A DNA stretch of 64,000 nt from Burkholderiales bacterium (GTDB lineage Bacteria; Pseudomonadota; Gammaproteobacteria; Burkholderiales; Casimicrobiaceae), in contig JAICXH010000001.1 of the NCBI GenBank assembly GCA_025981645.1, positions 14,747-78,746 of the forward strand. The letters run 5' to 3'. The notes under the pieces were generated by a model. It saw only the letters and a program-made list of their open reading frames with translations, ran no database searches and was not told the DNA's origin. Positions 8,581-18,891 of the stretch are shown piece after piece. Position numbers and translations under genes: made by a program. Position 1 is the first letter of the stretch, and each line of letters starts with the position of its first letter.

Positions 8581-9604
8581 CGAGCAGGTGTCCAATGCCG
8601 AACGTGATTGCGCAGGCGGTGGCGCCGAGCGCCAGCATCCGCAGGCCCGACAGCACGGCGCTTCGCCCAGTGAAGAGCGACAGTGTCGCACCGACGCCGA
8701 AGAGGCCGAATGCGGCGACGCCGATCGTCCACATCAGCGCGCGCGTGCCCGACCCGACGAGCCACGGTGCGAGCGGGACCAGCGCGCCGACCGCGAACGA
8801 CAGCAGCGAACTCAGCGCGGCACCAACTGGCGAGCCGAGCTCGGCCGGATTGAGGCCGAGTTCCTCGCGCGCCAGCGTGTCGAGCGCGTGCTCGGGATCG
8901 GCGACGAGGCGCTTCGCGAGGCGGTCGGCCTGACGCGGGGGAAGGCCTTTCGCCGCGTAGATCAGCGCGAGCTCCTGCGCTTCCGCTTCCGGATACGTCT
9001 CGAGCTCGTCGCGCTCGAGACCGATCTGGTACTCGTAGAACTCGCGCTGCGACTGCACCGACACGTACTCGCCTGCCGCCATCGCGAGCGCTCCCGCCGC
9101 CAGTCCGGCGACGCCGGTCAGCACGACGACCTTGATGTCGCTGGTTGCACCGGCTACGCCGAGGATCAGGCTCGCGTTCGACACGAGGCCGTCGTTGACG
9201 CCGAACACCGCCGCGCGCAGGTTCCCGCCGCTCGCGAGGCCGCGATGCCGGCGCTCGAAGGTGGCGCCGGCCGGCGGCGCCGTGTGGCCGCCCTCGGGCG
9301 GCGCGCTCCCGTAGACTGCCATGCCGCGCACCTTCATCGCCGACAGCACGTTGCGCAGTCGCCGCGGACCCAGCCACTGCACGAGCCGCGCGACGAGGCG
9401 CGTACGTGCATCGGGAACGAACGGACCGGGCGCGGGATGACCGCGCGCCGTAAGCTGGGCACGCCAGATCGCGGCCTGCGCCTCGGCTTCTCCGGCGAGG
9501 CGGCGAAACAGGTCGGCGCGCGAAGTGCCCGACTCCGCATCGGCGCAGGCGCGGTAGAGAAAGGCCGAGCGCTGTTCCTCGCCCCACGACTCGAGCGGGT
9601 TCAT
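8564..9604 (-). CDS. VIT1/CCC1 family Fe/Mn transporter with N-terminal ferritin/rubrerythrin-like domain
   Basis: [15 protein letters not shown] and [10 protein letters not shown] motifs. The start at MNPLESW overlaps the AKR stop (ATGA). Confidence 0.9.
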   Translation of the reverse strand: MNPLESWGEEQRSAFLYRACADAESGTSRADLFRRLAGEAEAQAAIWRAQLTARGHPAPGPFVPDARTRLVARLVQWLGPRRLRNVLSAMKVRGMAVYGSAPPEGGHTAPPAGATFERRHRGLASGGNLRAAVFGVNDGLVSNASLILGVAGATSDIKVVVLTGVAGLAAGALAMAAGEYVSVQSQREFYEYQIGLERDELETYPEAEAQELALIYAAKGLPPRQADRLAKRLVADPEHALDTLAREELGLNPAELGSPVGAALSSLLSFAVGALVPLAPWLVGSGTRALMWTIGVAAFGLFGVGATLSLFTGRSAVLSGLRMLALGATACAITFGIGHLLGVAAQ

Positions 9605-10569
9605 GACGGCGAATCGACGATCGAAGCGATGCGGGTCATCACCTCGGCGGTGAGCTTGGGCACGACGTCGAGCGCCTTCATGTTTTCGACGACCTGCGCG
9701 GGGCGGCTCGCGCCGGTGATCACGGTCGACACGTTGGGGTTCTTCACGCACCAGGCAATCGCGAGCTGGGCAAGGCTACAGCCGAGCTCCTGCGCCATCG
9801 GCGCGAGCGCGCGGACTTTCGCGATCCGCTGCGGATCGGTGACCCGCTCCGAGAGCCATTCGTAGCCCTTCAGCGACGCCCGGGAGCCGGCTGGAATGCC
9901 GTCGGAGTACTTCCCGCTCAGGACGCCCGATGCGAGCGGACTCCACGTCGTCGTGCCGATGCCGTAGTCGACGTAGAGGCGCGCGTATTCGCGCTCGACG
10001 CGCTCGCGATGGAACAGGTTGTACTGCGGCTGCTCGACGACCGGCTTGTGCAGGTGATGTCGGTCGGCGATCTCCCACGCCGCGGCGATCTCGCCGGCGT
10101 TCCACTCGGACGAGCCCCAGTAAAGCGCCTTGCCGGCGCGGATGATGTCGTCGAGCGCCTGGACGGTTTCCTCGATCGGCGTCTCGGGATCGGCGCGGTG
10201 GCAGAACAGGATGTCGACGTGGTCGAGGCCAAGGCGGGTGAGCGAGCCGTCAATGGCCTCGATCAGGTACTTGCGATTGAGCGTGTTGCGCTCGTTTGGT
10301 CCGTCATGGAGGCCCCAATAGAGCTTGGTCGACACGACGTAGGATTCACGCCGCCAGCCGAGTTTGCGCAGCGCTTCGCCCATGATCGATTCGGCGCCAC
10401 CCTTCGCGTACGCCTCGGCGTTGTCGAAGAAATTGGCGCCGGCGTCGCGGGCCGCCGCCATGCATTCGCGCGCCATCGAGGCGTCGAGCTGGTTTCCGTA
10501 GGTGACCCAAGACCCGAGCGAAAGCTCGCCGAGTTTCAATCCGGAGCGCCCGAGGCGGCGGTAGTTCAT
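9601..10569 (-). CDS. aldo/keto reductase (Kv-beta-like)
   Basis: [47 protein letters not shown]. Confidence 0.92.
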   Translation of the reverse strand: MNYRRLGRSGLKLGELSLGSWVTYGNQLDASMARECMAAARDAGANFFDNAEAYAKGGAESIMGEALRKLGWRRESYVVSTKLYWGLHDGPNERNTLNRKYLIEAIDGSLTRLGLDHVDILFCHRADPETPIEETVQALDDIIRAGKALYWGSSEWNAGEIAAAWEIADRHHLHKPVVEQPQYNLFHRERVEREYARLYVDYGIGTTTWSPLASGVLSGKYSDGIPAGSRASLKGYEWLSERVTDPQRIAKVRALAPMAQELGCSLAQLAIAWCVKNPNVSTVITGASRPAQVVENMKALDVVPKLTAEVMTRIASIVDSPS

Positions 10570-10675
10570 CGCGGCGGCTTTGGCAGGACGTTGCCGCGCG
10601 TCGGCGCGGAATGCGGACGTGTACGACGTACGGACTAGAATCGCGACGTTCATTCTACGCCGAACGGAAACCTCC

Positions 10676-12700
10676 ATGCCTCGCCGCCGCGCCACACCCT
10701 CGAGCCGCAAACCCTTCGATGTGACCGCGCTGTGGGCGCTTAAACGGATCGGCACTCCGACCGTTGCCCCCGACGGCAGCGCGGCCTGCGCTGCGGTGAC
10801 CTCGTGGGACGTGGCCCGCGACGAGGAATCGACCGCGCTCTGGCTGTTCCCGACCGGCGAGGCGGTCGATTCGCACGGCAAAGCTCCGCGTGCGCGGCCT
10901 CTGACCAGCGGCGACAAGGACACCGATCCGGCGTGGTCGCCCGACGGCCGATGGATTGCCTTCACCGCGAAGCGCAAAGACGACCAGGACGCGCAGCTCT
11001 ACGTGATCTCCCCCGCGGGCGGCGAGGCGCAACGCGTCGGCAGCGCGGCCGGCGGCGTCACGGCGATCAAGTGGTTCGCCGATGGCCGGCGCATCGCGTT
11101 CGTCGCGTGGGTGTGGCCCGATCTGCGCGGCGATGCAGCACAGAAAAAGCGTCTCGCCGAGCGCAAGGCATCGAAGGTCAAGGCGTCGGTCACCGAGCGC
11201 GGCGAGTACCGCTACTGGGATCACTGGCTCGCCGACGGTCGCGAGCCGCACGTGTTCGCCTGCGACGTCGCGAGCGGGCGCTGCACCGATTTACTCGCAG
11301 GAACCGGCCTCGCGCTGCAGCCGTGGGAGCCGTCCGCCGAGCACTATGACCTCGCTCCCGACGCGCGCGAACTCGCGCTGACCATCGACCCTGCGGCCGA
11401 GCCCGGGATGATGAATCGCTGCGACATCGTCGTCGTCGATCTGCGCAGGCGACGCGTGCGCAACCTGACGTCGCGAAGCGGCATGTCCGACGAGCATCCG
11501 CGCTACTCGCCAGACGGTCGCTGGATCGCGTTTCATGCCTATGACACCGCGCGCGCGTTCAACGATCAGGGGCGCCTGCGGCTCTACGCGCGGCGGACCG
11601 CGACGGCGGTCACGCTGGCGCCGCGCTTCGATCGCGCGAGCACCGAACTACGCTGGGCGCCTGATTCATCGGCGGTGATGGCGCTTGTCGAGGATCGTGG
11701 CCGCATCGGCGTCTGGCGCTACCCGGTTGCGGGCGGCGCTCCGACATCCATCGTCCCGGGAGGGGCGGTGGCCGGGTTCGCATCGTCTTCGGACGGCAGG
11801 ACGCTGGTGTTCGCCCGCAGCACCGCGCGCCACCCGGCGGCCCTCTTCGCGTGCGATGGCGACGGCGGCGGCGAGCGACCCATCGAGACGCTCAATCAAA
11901 GTGTCATGGACCGCCACGCGCTTGGCGAGGTGCGCGAGATCACTGTGAAGGGCTTTCGCGGCGAGCCGGTGCAGATGGTCGTCACGTTTCCGCCCGGCTT
12001 CGACGCCCGCCGCAAGTGGCCGCTCCTGCAGTCGATCCACGGCGGTCCGCATTCGGCGCATCACGACGGCTGGCATTTCCGCTGGAACAACCAGGTCTTC
12101 GCCGGACAGGGCTATGTCGTCGCCCAGGTCAACTACCACGGCTCGTCCGGGTTCGGCCAGAGATTCATCGAGTCGATCACCGGCCATTACGGCGAGCGCG
12201 AGATGGCCGACATCGAGGCGGGAACCGATCATCTGCTGCGCCGCGGGTACATCGACCGCGCGCGGCTCACCGCGGCCGGCGGCAGCTACGGCGGCTACCT
12301 CGTCGCGTGGATGAACGGGCACACGCGCCGCTACCGCGCCTACGTCTGCCACGCCGGGTGCTACGACTGGGTGTCGATGATGGCGACCGACGGCTATCGC
12401 TTCTTCGCGCGTGAGCTCGGCGCGTTTCCGTGGGTGGACGAGGCGCGCGTGCTGCGCCAATCGCCGCACCACTACGTCGGGCATGCACGAACGCCGACGC
12501 TCGTCGTGCACGGCGAGCTCGACTATCGCGTGCCCGCGACGCAGGCACTGCAGTACTACAACACGCTGAAGGCGAAAGGGGTCGCCGCCCGGCTCGTCTG
12601 GTTCCCCGACGAGAACCACTGGATCCTGAAGCAGGCGAACGCCCGGCTGTGGCACGCGGAGTTCTTCGCCTGGCTCGCTCGCCACGCGCCGCGTCGCTAG
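10676..12700 (+). CDS. S9 family peptidase (dipeptidyl/acylaminoacyl peptidase) with PD40 propeller repeats
   Basis: WSPDGR repeats, IHGGPH, GGSYGG nucleophile, DYRVP, DENHW. Confidence 0.92.
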   Translation: MPRRRATPSSRKPFDVTALWALKRIGTPTVAPDGSAACAAVTSWDVARDEESTALWLFPTGEAVDSHGKAPRARPLTSGDKDTDPAWSPDGRWIAFTAKRKDDQDAQLYVISPAGGEAQRVGSAAGGVTAIKWFADGRRIAFVAWVWPDLRGDAAQKKRLAERKASKVKASVTERGEYRYWDHWLADGREPHVFACDVASGRCTDLLAGTGLALQPWEPSAEHYDLAPDARELALTIDPAAEPGMMNRCDIVVVDLRRRRVRNLTSRSGMSDEHPRYSPDGRWIAFHAYDTARAFNDQGRLRLYARRTATAVTLAPRFDRASTELRWAPDSSAVMALVEDRGRIGVWRYPVAGGAPTSIVPGGAVAGFASSSDGRTLVFARSTARHPAALFACDGDGGGERPIETLNQSVMDRHALGEVREITVKGFRGEPVQMVVTFPPGFDARRKWPLLQSIHGGPHSAHHDGWHFRWNNQVFAGQGYVVAQVNYHGSSGFGQRFIESITGHYGEREMADIEAGTDHLLRRGYIDRARLTAAGGSYGGYLVAWMNGHTRRYRAYVCHAGCYDWVSMMATDGYRFFARELGAFPWVDEARVLRQSPHHYVGHARTPTLVVHGELDYRVPATQALQYYNTLKAKGVAARLVWFPDENHWILKQANARLWHAEFFAWLARHAPRR

Positions 12701-12734
12701 CGCGACCGCCGCGAGTCGGCCGGGCCCTTCGCTT

Positions 12735-13130
12735 CTAGCGGCGCAACCGCTCGCGCGCTTCGGCGTCGTCCTGGCAGGCGACGCAGCGGCGCGCTGCCGG
12801 GTAGGCGGCGAGGCGCGCGTAGGGAATCGGGTTGCCGCAATCGGCGCACTCGCCGTAGCTGCCTTCGACCGTCCGCGCGAGGGCCGCTTCGACCTTGGCG
12901 AGTTCGGCGAGGTCGCGCGAAACGAGTGTGATGTCCTGTGCCGCCATCGCGTCGGCGACCGCCCAGTCGTCGGTGTCCTCCAACCGATTGCGCAAACCGA
13001 CGAGGCGCGGGTCGTCCTGATTACGAAGCTTCGACGCAAGCTCGGCGCGGAGCTCGCGCTGGCGTGCGTCGAGCGCGGCCTCGAGGCTGGCGCGCTGCTC
13101 GCGGGTGAGCGAAGGGGCCGTCGCTGGCAT
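12735..13130 (-). CDS. TraR/DksA C4-type zinc finger protein
   Basis: GSYGECADCG...PAARRCVACQ. The coiled-coil tip DTDDWA matches DxxDxA. Confidence 0.9.
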   Translation of the reverse strand: MPATAPSLTREQRASLEAALDARQRELRAELASKLRNQDDPRLVGLRNRLEDTDDWAVADAMAAQDITLVSRDLAELAKVEAALARTVEGSYGECADCGNPIPYARLAAYPAARRCVACQDDAEARERLRR

Positions 13131-13255
13131 GGCAGGCCATTATCGGGCAGAAGGCGCCGGCGCGCATCCGCCTCCGCCGCGCATCCGTCCCACCGCGCGG
13201 GCTGCGCCGGCATCGGTCAACGCGCGGGCAGGCGCGTCGGACGTAGCGTCCACGG

Positions 13256-13283
13256 CTTGAAACGTGCACGGCGAGCCCAAGAT
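13256..13283 (+). promoter_or_regulatory. putative sigma32 (RpoH) promoter of hsp20
   Basis: CTTGAAA-N13-CCCAAGAT compared with consensus CTTGAAA-N13/14-CCCCATAT, located upstream of a small heat-shock gene. Confidence 0.6.
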
Positions 13284-13367
13284 TAGCCAATGGATGGGGC
13301 CCGCACGCAACCATTGAGGTGGCGGCGACGGCCCACGATGACGAATTCATTGAGGAGAGTGACGAAC

Positions 13368-13790
13368 ATGACCAGCCTTCAGTTGTACGACCCATTCGCC
13401 GAGACCGCGGTCGATTCGCTGCTTCGCAGCTTCTTCCGTCCGGAGCGCAGCGATCGCGCAAGTCCGCACGGCATTCGCGTCGACGTATCCGAATCGGATC
13501 GCGGCTATCTCGTGCGTGCCGAGCTTCCGGGTGTGAAGAAGGACGAGATCCACGTCGCGGTCGAAGGCAACCAGGTGACGATCGCCGCCGAAGTGAAGCG
13601 TGCCGAGCTTCCGGCGAAGGATGCGCGCGTACTGCGCAGCGAGCGCTATTACGGCAGCGTCTACCGCAGCTTCACGCTGCCGGTCGAGCTCGACGACACC
13701 ACGAGTCAGGCGAAGTTCGAGGACGGCATTCTCGAGCTCGAACTCGTGAAGAAGCCGGCGACTGCGGGTCGCAAGCTAACCATCCAGTAG
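13368..13790 (+). CDS. Hsp20/alpha-crystallin small heat shock protein
   Basis: AELPGVKKDEI, ERYYGSVYRSFTLP, AKFEDGILEL. SD GAGGAG. Confidence 0.93.
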   Translation: MTSLQLYDPFAETAVDSLLRSFFRPERSDRASPHGIRVDVSESDRGYLVRAELPGVKKDEIHVAVEGNQVTIAAEVKRAELPAKDARVLRSERYYGSVYRSFTLPVELDDTTSQAKFEDGILELELVKKPATAGRKLTIQ

Positions 13791-13806
13791 CGCGGTACCG
13801 TTGCAC

Positions 13807-13837
13807 GCGCACCGGGCGCTCAGCGCGTCCGGTGCGC
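13807..13837. terminator. hairpin between convergent hsp20 and KTSC genes
   Basis: Inverted repeat GCGCACCGG...CCGGTGCGC overlapping the KTSC stop. No U-tract. Confidence 0.35.
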
Positions 13838-14029
13838 CGTGTATTCCTCCTCGATGTTGTCGCGGAAGTAGCTCCACGGCGACGAGGCCTGCGCAAACCG
13901 GCGCCAGACTTCGCCGGGCACACCGAGGTATTCGAAAGTTCCGGACGTCAGCTCGACGACGAGCTTGCGCTCGCGCGCGTCGTAGCCTGCGGCGCGCAGG
14001 CTGCCGCCGGTCATTCGCTTCATCTCCAT
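13820..14029 (-). CDS. KTSC domain protein
   Basis: 69 aa, AAGYDARERKLVVEL..G.FEYLGVP..VWRRF..ASSPWSYFRDNI. SD GGAGG. Confidence 0.85.
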   Translation of the reverse strand: MEMKRMTGGSLRAAGYDARERKLVVELTSGTFEYLGVPGEVWRRFAQASSPWSYFRDNIEEEYTAHRTR

Positions 14030-14096
14030 CACGCCTCCATCGCGGCGAGCCGCACCGACTGGCAATGCTACGATCGCGCGCTTCACCCATGCAAGC

Positions 14097-15905
14097 TTGA
14101 AGCGCGTGCCGACCGTCCGTACCGCCATCGTTTCGTTGGCGATCGCCGTATCCGTTCTCGCGCCGGGCATGGCGCGGGCTGCCGATCCTGCGAGGGCGCT
14201 CCACGTCGCCTTCTCGATCGCCGAAACGAGCTTCGACCCGGCGTTCGCGTCCGACGCGGCGTCGGACGCGATCATCGAGAACGTGTTCGACTCGATGCTC
14301 GACTACGATTATCTGGCGCGGCCGGTGAAGCTCGTGCCGCGCGCACTCGCGGCGATGCCGACGGTCGAGGACGGTGGGCGAAGCTACCTGTGCCGGATCC
14401 GCAAGGGCATCTACTTCACTCCCGATCCCGCTTTCAAGGGGAAGCCTCGCGAGCTCACCGCCGCCGACTTCGCCTACGGCCTCGAGCGCGTGCTCGACCC
14501 CGCGGTGAAGTCGCCGTGGCTGTGGCTGCTCGCGGGGCGCATCGTCGGCGGCGACGCGGCGCGCGAGCGCGCAGCGAAGACCGGGCACTTCGACTACGAC
14601 ACGCCGCTGCCCGGGCTCGAGATCGTCGACCGCTACACGCTGCGCATTCGTCTCACCGCCGCCGACCTGCGCTTTCCGTACGCGCTCGCCGTGCCGAACC
14701 TCGCGGCGCAGGCGCGCGAGGTCGTCGACGAGTACGGGCACGACATCGGCGCGCACCCGGTCGGGACCGGACCCTACATGCTCGGCGAATACCGGCGCAG
14801 CGCGCGTATCGTGCTGGTCGCCAATCCTGGTTTTCGCGACACCCGCTATGTTCCGACGGGTCCGATTCCGGCGGCGTCGGAGCCGATCGCGAAGGCACTC
14901 GCAGGCGTGCGTCTGCCGCAGGTTGGGCGCATCGAGATCAGCATCATCGAGGAGGGCCAGGCGCGCTGGCTCGCGTTCCTGAACGGCGAGATCGACACGC
15001 TCGACCAGCTTCCGCCCGATTTCGTCGACCAGGCGCTGGTCGACGGGAAGCTGCGGCCCAAGCTCGCGGCGCGCGGCATCGTGCACGACGTGCTGATCCG
15101 GCCGAATACCTACTGGACGTACTTCAACATGACCGATCCGGTGGTCGGAGGCTATACGCGCGAGAAGATCGCGCTGCGCCGTGCGATCGCGATGGGTTAC
15201 GACGTCGGCACGCTGATCCGCGTGCTGCTCAAGGACCGTGCGATCCCGGCGAACGGCCCGATCCCGCCCGACATCGCCGGCTACGACCCGACGCTGGTCA
15301 CGCAGGCCCAGGTCTACGATCCGGCAGCAGCACGCGCGCTCCTCGACCGTTTTGGCTACCGCGATCGCGACGGTGACGGCTACCGCGAGACTCCGGAGGG
15401 AAAGCCGCTGACGCTCGAGCGGTGGTCGACTCCGGGGTCAGCGTCGCGGCAGGGCGACGAGTTGTGGAAGCGCGACATGGATGCGATCGGCATCCGCATT
15501 GTCTTCCAGCAGGGCAAGGTCCCGGACCTGCGCAAGATGGCGCGCCTCGGAAAGATCCAGATGCGCGGCGACGGCTGGAACGCCGACTATCCCGACGCGG
15601 AGAATTTCATGCAGCTCCTCTACGGACCGAACGCGGCCGAGGAGAACAACGCACGCTTCGACCTCCCGCAGTTCAACCGTCTTTACGAAGAAGCGAGGAC
15701 GCTGCCTGACTCGCCGCAGCGCACCCGTCTGTTCGACCGGATGACCGAGCTCGCCGTCGCCTACGCGCCGTGGCGGCTCACCGTCCATCTGTTCGAGGAC
15801 AGCCTGCACCAGCCGTGGGTCAGCGACTACGTGCCCCACCCGATGAGGAGCGAGAACTGGATGTTCGTCGACGTCGACCCGCACGAGCGTGCGAAGCGCC
15901 GCTGA
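14097..15905 (+). CDS. ABC transporter substrate-binding protein, family 5 (peptide/heme-binding type), orphan
   Basis: Signal peptide, LTAADFAY, HPVGTGPY, GWNADYPDAENF. Exact start uncertain. Confidence 0.88.
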   Translation: MKRVPTVRTAIVSLAIAVSVLAPGMARAADPARALHVAFSIAETSFDPAFASDAASDAIIENVFDSMLDYDYLARPVKLVPRALAAMPTVEDGGRSYLCRIRKGIYFTPDPAFKGKPRELTAADFAYGLERVLDPAVKSPWLWLLAGRIVGGDAARERAAKTGHFDYDTPLPGLEIVDRYTLRIRLTAADLRFPYALAVPNLAAQAREVVDEYGHDIGAHPVGTGPYMLGEYRRSARIVLVANPGFRDTRYVPTGPIPAASEPIAKALAGVRLPQVGRIEISIIEEGQARWLAFLNGEIDTLDQLPPDFVDQALVDGKLRPKLAARGIVHDVLIRPNTYWTYFNMTDPVVGGYTREKIALRRAIAMGYDVGTLIRVLLKDRAIPANGPIPPDIAGYDPTLVTQAQVYDPAAARALLDRFGYRDRDGDGYRETPEGKPLTLERWSTPGSASRQGDELWKRDMDAIGIRIVFQQGKVPDLRKMARLGKIQMRGDGWNADYPDAENFMQLLYGPNAAEENNARFDLPQFNRLYEEARTLPDSPQRTRLFDRMTELAVAYAPWRLTVHLFEDSLHQPWVSDYVPHPMRSENWMFVDVDPHERAKRR

Positions 15906-15920
15906 CCGCGTCAGCCGAAG

Positions 15921-16268
15921 CTAGGTCTTCGGAATCTCGAGCGGCTTGCAGTCGAGGTGCACCGCGCCTTGGTAGCGCAGAAGCGTCATGTCGAGCCCCT
16001 TGCCGCGCAACTCCATGTCGCCGTTCATGTAGCGCACCCCCGAGCCCGCGGGGACCTGGTACAGGATCACCCGCTTGCCGTCCGGCATCAGGATGCGCGC
16101 CTCGGCTTCCGTGAAGCGGATCACGAAGTGGTCCTTCGCGTGGTGACAGTCGATCGACTCGCGCGCGGCCTCGATCTCGTCCTTGGACGGCCCCGTCTTG
16201 CATGCGGCCAGCGCCAGCGCGCCCGCGCAGGCGAGGAGGAGGGGCAGGCGGAGCAGTGCTGACGTCAT
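15921..16268 (-). CDS. MliC-family lysozyme inhibitor-like lipoprotein
   Basis: Lipobox LAAC, motif AGSGVRY...ELRGKG, and two flanking Cys. It is the C-terminal part of track ORF 15921..17993. Confidence 0.75.
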   Translation of the reverse strand: MTSALLRLPLLLACAGALALAACKTGPSKDEIEAARESIDCHHAKDHFVIRFTEAEARILMPDGKRVILYQVPAGSGVRYMNGDMELRGKGLDMTLLRYQGAVHLDCKPLEIPKT

Positions 16269-16303
16269 CGCAGTCGATCGGCCGCCCGAGGATAACACCG
16301 GCG

Positions 16304-18088
16304 TCAGCCGCGGAGCGGACCGTGCCGATGCGTCGACGGTGCGGGCGGCCGGAAGCGCACGCTGTCGGGGTACGACCGCACCTCGGTGTTTCGTCCGTCG
16401 CGGATCGCCTGCTGCGCCGCCTGCCACCAGCGCGGATCGACGAGGTCGGAGTGGAAGGTCATGAACGCCTCGCGGATCCGTGGGTCGGGGAGCAGGAACG
16501 TCGCGAATTCCTCCGGGAACACGTCCTGCGGTCCGACGGGGTACCAGACGTCGCCCGACATCTCGTCGACTCCTGGCGGCGGCGCGGGGATCTGCCGGAA
16601 GCGGCAGTCCGTCAGGTACTCGACCTCGTCGTAGTCGTAGAACACGACGCGACCGTAGCGCGTCACGCCGAAATTCTTGAACAGGAGGTCGCCAGCGAAG
16701 ATGTTGATCGCGGCGAGCTCCTTCAGCGCGTCGCCGTAGTCGCGCACAGCGCGCATCCGCTCGCCGTGGTTGGCGCTCGTGACGAACAGGTTGAGTGGGA
16801 CCAGCCTGCGCTCGATGTACACGTGACGGATGATTACGTGGTCGCCGACGCGCTCGAGCTGCGACGGAATCGCTACGACGAGCTCGTCGAGGAGTTCGGG
16901 TGTGAAGCGCGCCAGCGGAAACGCGACGTCCGAGTACTCGAGCGTGTCGGTCATGCGGCCGGCACGATCGTGATGCTTGACGAGCGCGTACTTCTGCCTG
17001 ACGCGCGCGGCATCGGTGTTCTTGGTCGCATCGATGCGGTCGCGGATCACCTTGAACACGTATGGGAATGAAGGCAGCGTGAATACCGCCATCACCAGGC
17101 CGCGGATCCCCGGGGCGGCGACGAGACGGTCGGTCGAATGCTTGAGGTGGTACAGGAAGTCTCGATAGAAGAGCGTCTTGCCGTGCTTCTGCAGCCCGAT
17201 CATCGTGTAGAGCTCGGCGGCGGTCTTGTCGGGCACGCTCGCGCGCAGGAAGGCGACGTACGCCGACGGCACCTCCATGTCGACCAGGAAGTAGGCGCGA
17301 TTGGCCGAGAACAGCAGCGCGAGTTCGGCCGGCTCGGTGAGCAGTGCGTCGACGTAGAGCCGCCCGTCGGCGGTGCGCTTGATCGCGACGACGAACGGGT
17401 AGCTGTGCACGCCGTTCAGCACGCGTCCGACCGCGTAGGCGGTCTGGTCGCGGAAGAACGGGCTCGCCAGCACCTGGAGCTGGCAATTCGCGTCGACGGC
17501 GAACGGTCTCGGTAGCTGGCGCCGCATCGCCGCCAGCGCGTGGATCAGGTCGCGACGGAAATCGGCGAACGGCGTCGCGAGACCGAGGTCGAGCACGAGG
17601 TCGACGAGCGCCGCGCGCAGCCCGCGGTTGCGCGGGTAGTAGCTGCGGTACGACGGGGTCTCGTCGTCGAGATACTCGGTCGACGCCGACGGGCGCACGA
17701 AGAGGTAGCGATTGTGAAAGTACGTCCGGTGCAGGAGCTTCGACGAAACGGTGTTGAAGAACGTCTCGGCGCATTCTGGCTGACGATGATCGACCAGCAG
17801 CGCGATGAAGTGGCGCTTGACGTCCGCCCAGTAGGCGTCGGCGCCACCGATGCGGCGCGGGCGGAAGTCGCGCTCGACGCGCGCGACGGTCTCGGCGACG
17901 CGCCGGTCGTAGAAGTCGATTCGGTCGCGCGCGACGTGCCCGATCGCGAGCCAGTTCGCAGCTTCGAAATGGCGCTGTGCCGCCCGCGCGCATTCGCGGA
18001 ACAGCGTGTAGTGGCGGTTGAAACCTTCGAGCAGGATCGCGGCGATCTCGGCTGGAGCCGTTTCGGCCGCGGTCGCCGGGGTGCCCAT
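16304..18088 (-). CDS. aceK: isocitrate dehydrogenase kinase/phosphatase
   Basis: PECAETFFN, APGIRGLVMAVFTLPSFPYVFKVIRD, HDRAGRMTDT, GDLLFKNFGVTR. Confidence 0.96.
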   Translation of the reverse strand: MGTPATAAETAPAEIAAILLEGFNRHYTLFRECARAAQRHFEAANWLAIGHVARDRIDFYDRRVAETVARVERDFRPRRIGGADAYWADVKRHFIALLVDHRQPECAETFFNTVSSKLLHRTYFHNRYLFVRPSASTEYLDDETPSYRSYYPRNRGLRAALVDLVLDLGLATPFADFRRDLIHALAAMRRQLPRPFAVDANCQLQVLASPFFRDQTAYAVGRVLNGVHSYPFVVAIKRTADGRLYVDALLTEPAELALLFSANRAYFLVDMEVPSAYVAFLRASVPDKTAAELYTMIGLQKHGKTLFYRDFLYHLKHSTDRLVAAPGIRGLVMAVFTLPSFPYVFKVIRDRIDATKNTDAARVRQKYALVKHHDRAGRMTDTLEYSDVAFPLARFTPELLDELVVAIPSQLERVGDHVIIRHVYIERRLVPLNLFVTSANHGERMRAVRDYGDALKELAAINIFAGDLLFKNFGVTRYGRVVFYDYDEVEYLTDCRFRQIPAPPPGVDEMSGDVWYPVGPQDVFPEEFATFLLPDPRIREAFMTFHSDLVDPRWWQAAQQAIRDGRNTEVRSYPDSVRFRPPAPSTHRHGPLRG

Positions 18089-18116
18089 GTCGCGTCCGCT
18101 CGAAGCATTGGGAGTG

Positions 18117-18482
18117 TTACTCGTCCTTCAGCTTCTGGATCGTGTCGTTGTATTCCTTGACTGCCTGGTTGTATTCCTCGACCGTCGCGTTGGCGGCCTG
18201 GACGTGCGGCTGGGCGAGCGCCTGCTGGTCGGTCACGAACTTGCGCAGGCAATCGACGTACGCGACGAAGTCCTTCTGCCATTGCTTCTGCTGCCGATCG
18301 GAGGCGAGCTTGCCGGGAAACTCGCCCGGGTGGACGCACGAATGCTTCGGCGCCGGCGCCGCCGAAGGCGGCACGGCCGCGCCGGCGGCGGAAGGAGTGG
18401 CAGCGGGTTGCTGGGCGAACGCTACTGCGGCCCACAGACCGGCTGCGAGCACAAGCGCAACGCGCGAGGTTAGATCGATCAT
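18117..18482 (-). CDS. exported hypothetical helical protein
   Basis: Signal peptide (AFA-Q), Ala/Pro linker, two Cys, coiled-coil C-terminus. Confidence 0.7.
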   Translation of the reverse strand: MIDLTSRVALVLAAGLWAAVAFAQQPAATPSAAGAAVPPSAAPAPKHSCVHPGEFPGKLASDRQQKQWQKDFVAYVDCLRKFVTDQQALAQPHVQAANATVEEYNQAVKEYNDTIQKLKDE

Positions 18483-18604
18483 CGACGACTCCCGATCGTG
18501 AAAGCGCGCATTCTACCTTCGCCGCGACGCGCGGCGAGGAGACCGGGGTCGATCCGCCGATCGGGGCCGGCACGTAGCGCGTCGGCCGCCGATCGACTCC
18601 TGCA

Positions 18605-18811
18605 TCAGCCTACGACACGCAGCTTGGCGAGCGGGCAGTGCACCCAGTGGATTTCCTTGCCCTCGAGGCGCGCCTCGCGATCGACCCGCGCCATGCGGTC
18701 AGCGTTGCACACGTAACGCCCGTCGAGGTCGGCGCGCGTCGGCGGCGGGGTCGCACAGCCTGCGGCAAGCGCCGCCGTCGCGATCAAGGACAGAACGAAC
18801 ACGATCTTCAT
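18605..18811 (-). CDS. small lipoprotein, unknown function
   Basis: Lipobox AAGC and two further Cys. SD AGGAGG before MKIVF. Confidence 0.7.
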   Translation of the reverse strand: MKIVFVLSLIATAALAAGCATPPPTRADLDGRYVCNADRMARVDREARLEGKEIHWVHCPLAKLRVVG

Positions 18812-18891
18812 GTCACGCCCTCCTTCCGGGGCCATCATAGGCGGGGGCAAAACGGGTGGCAAGCGGCGCCGGCAGCCGGCGGCACGCAGCG

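Noticed and set aside
13290-13367. ROSE RNA thermometer in the hsp20 leader
   Set aside because: No U(U/C)GCU motif pairing with the SD could be seen.
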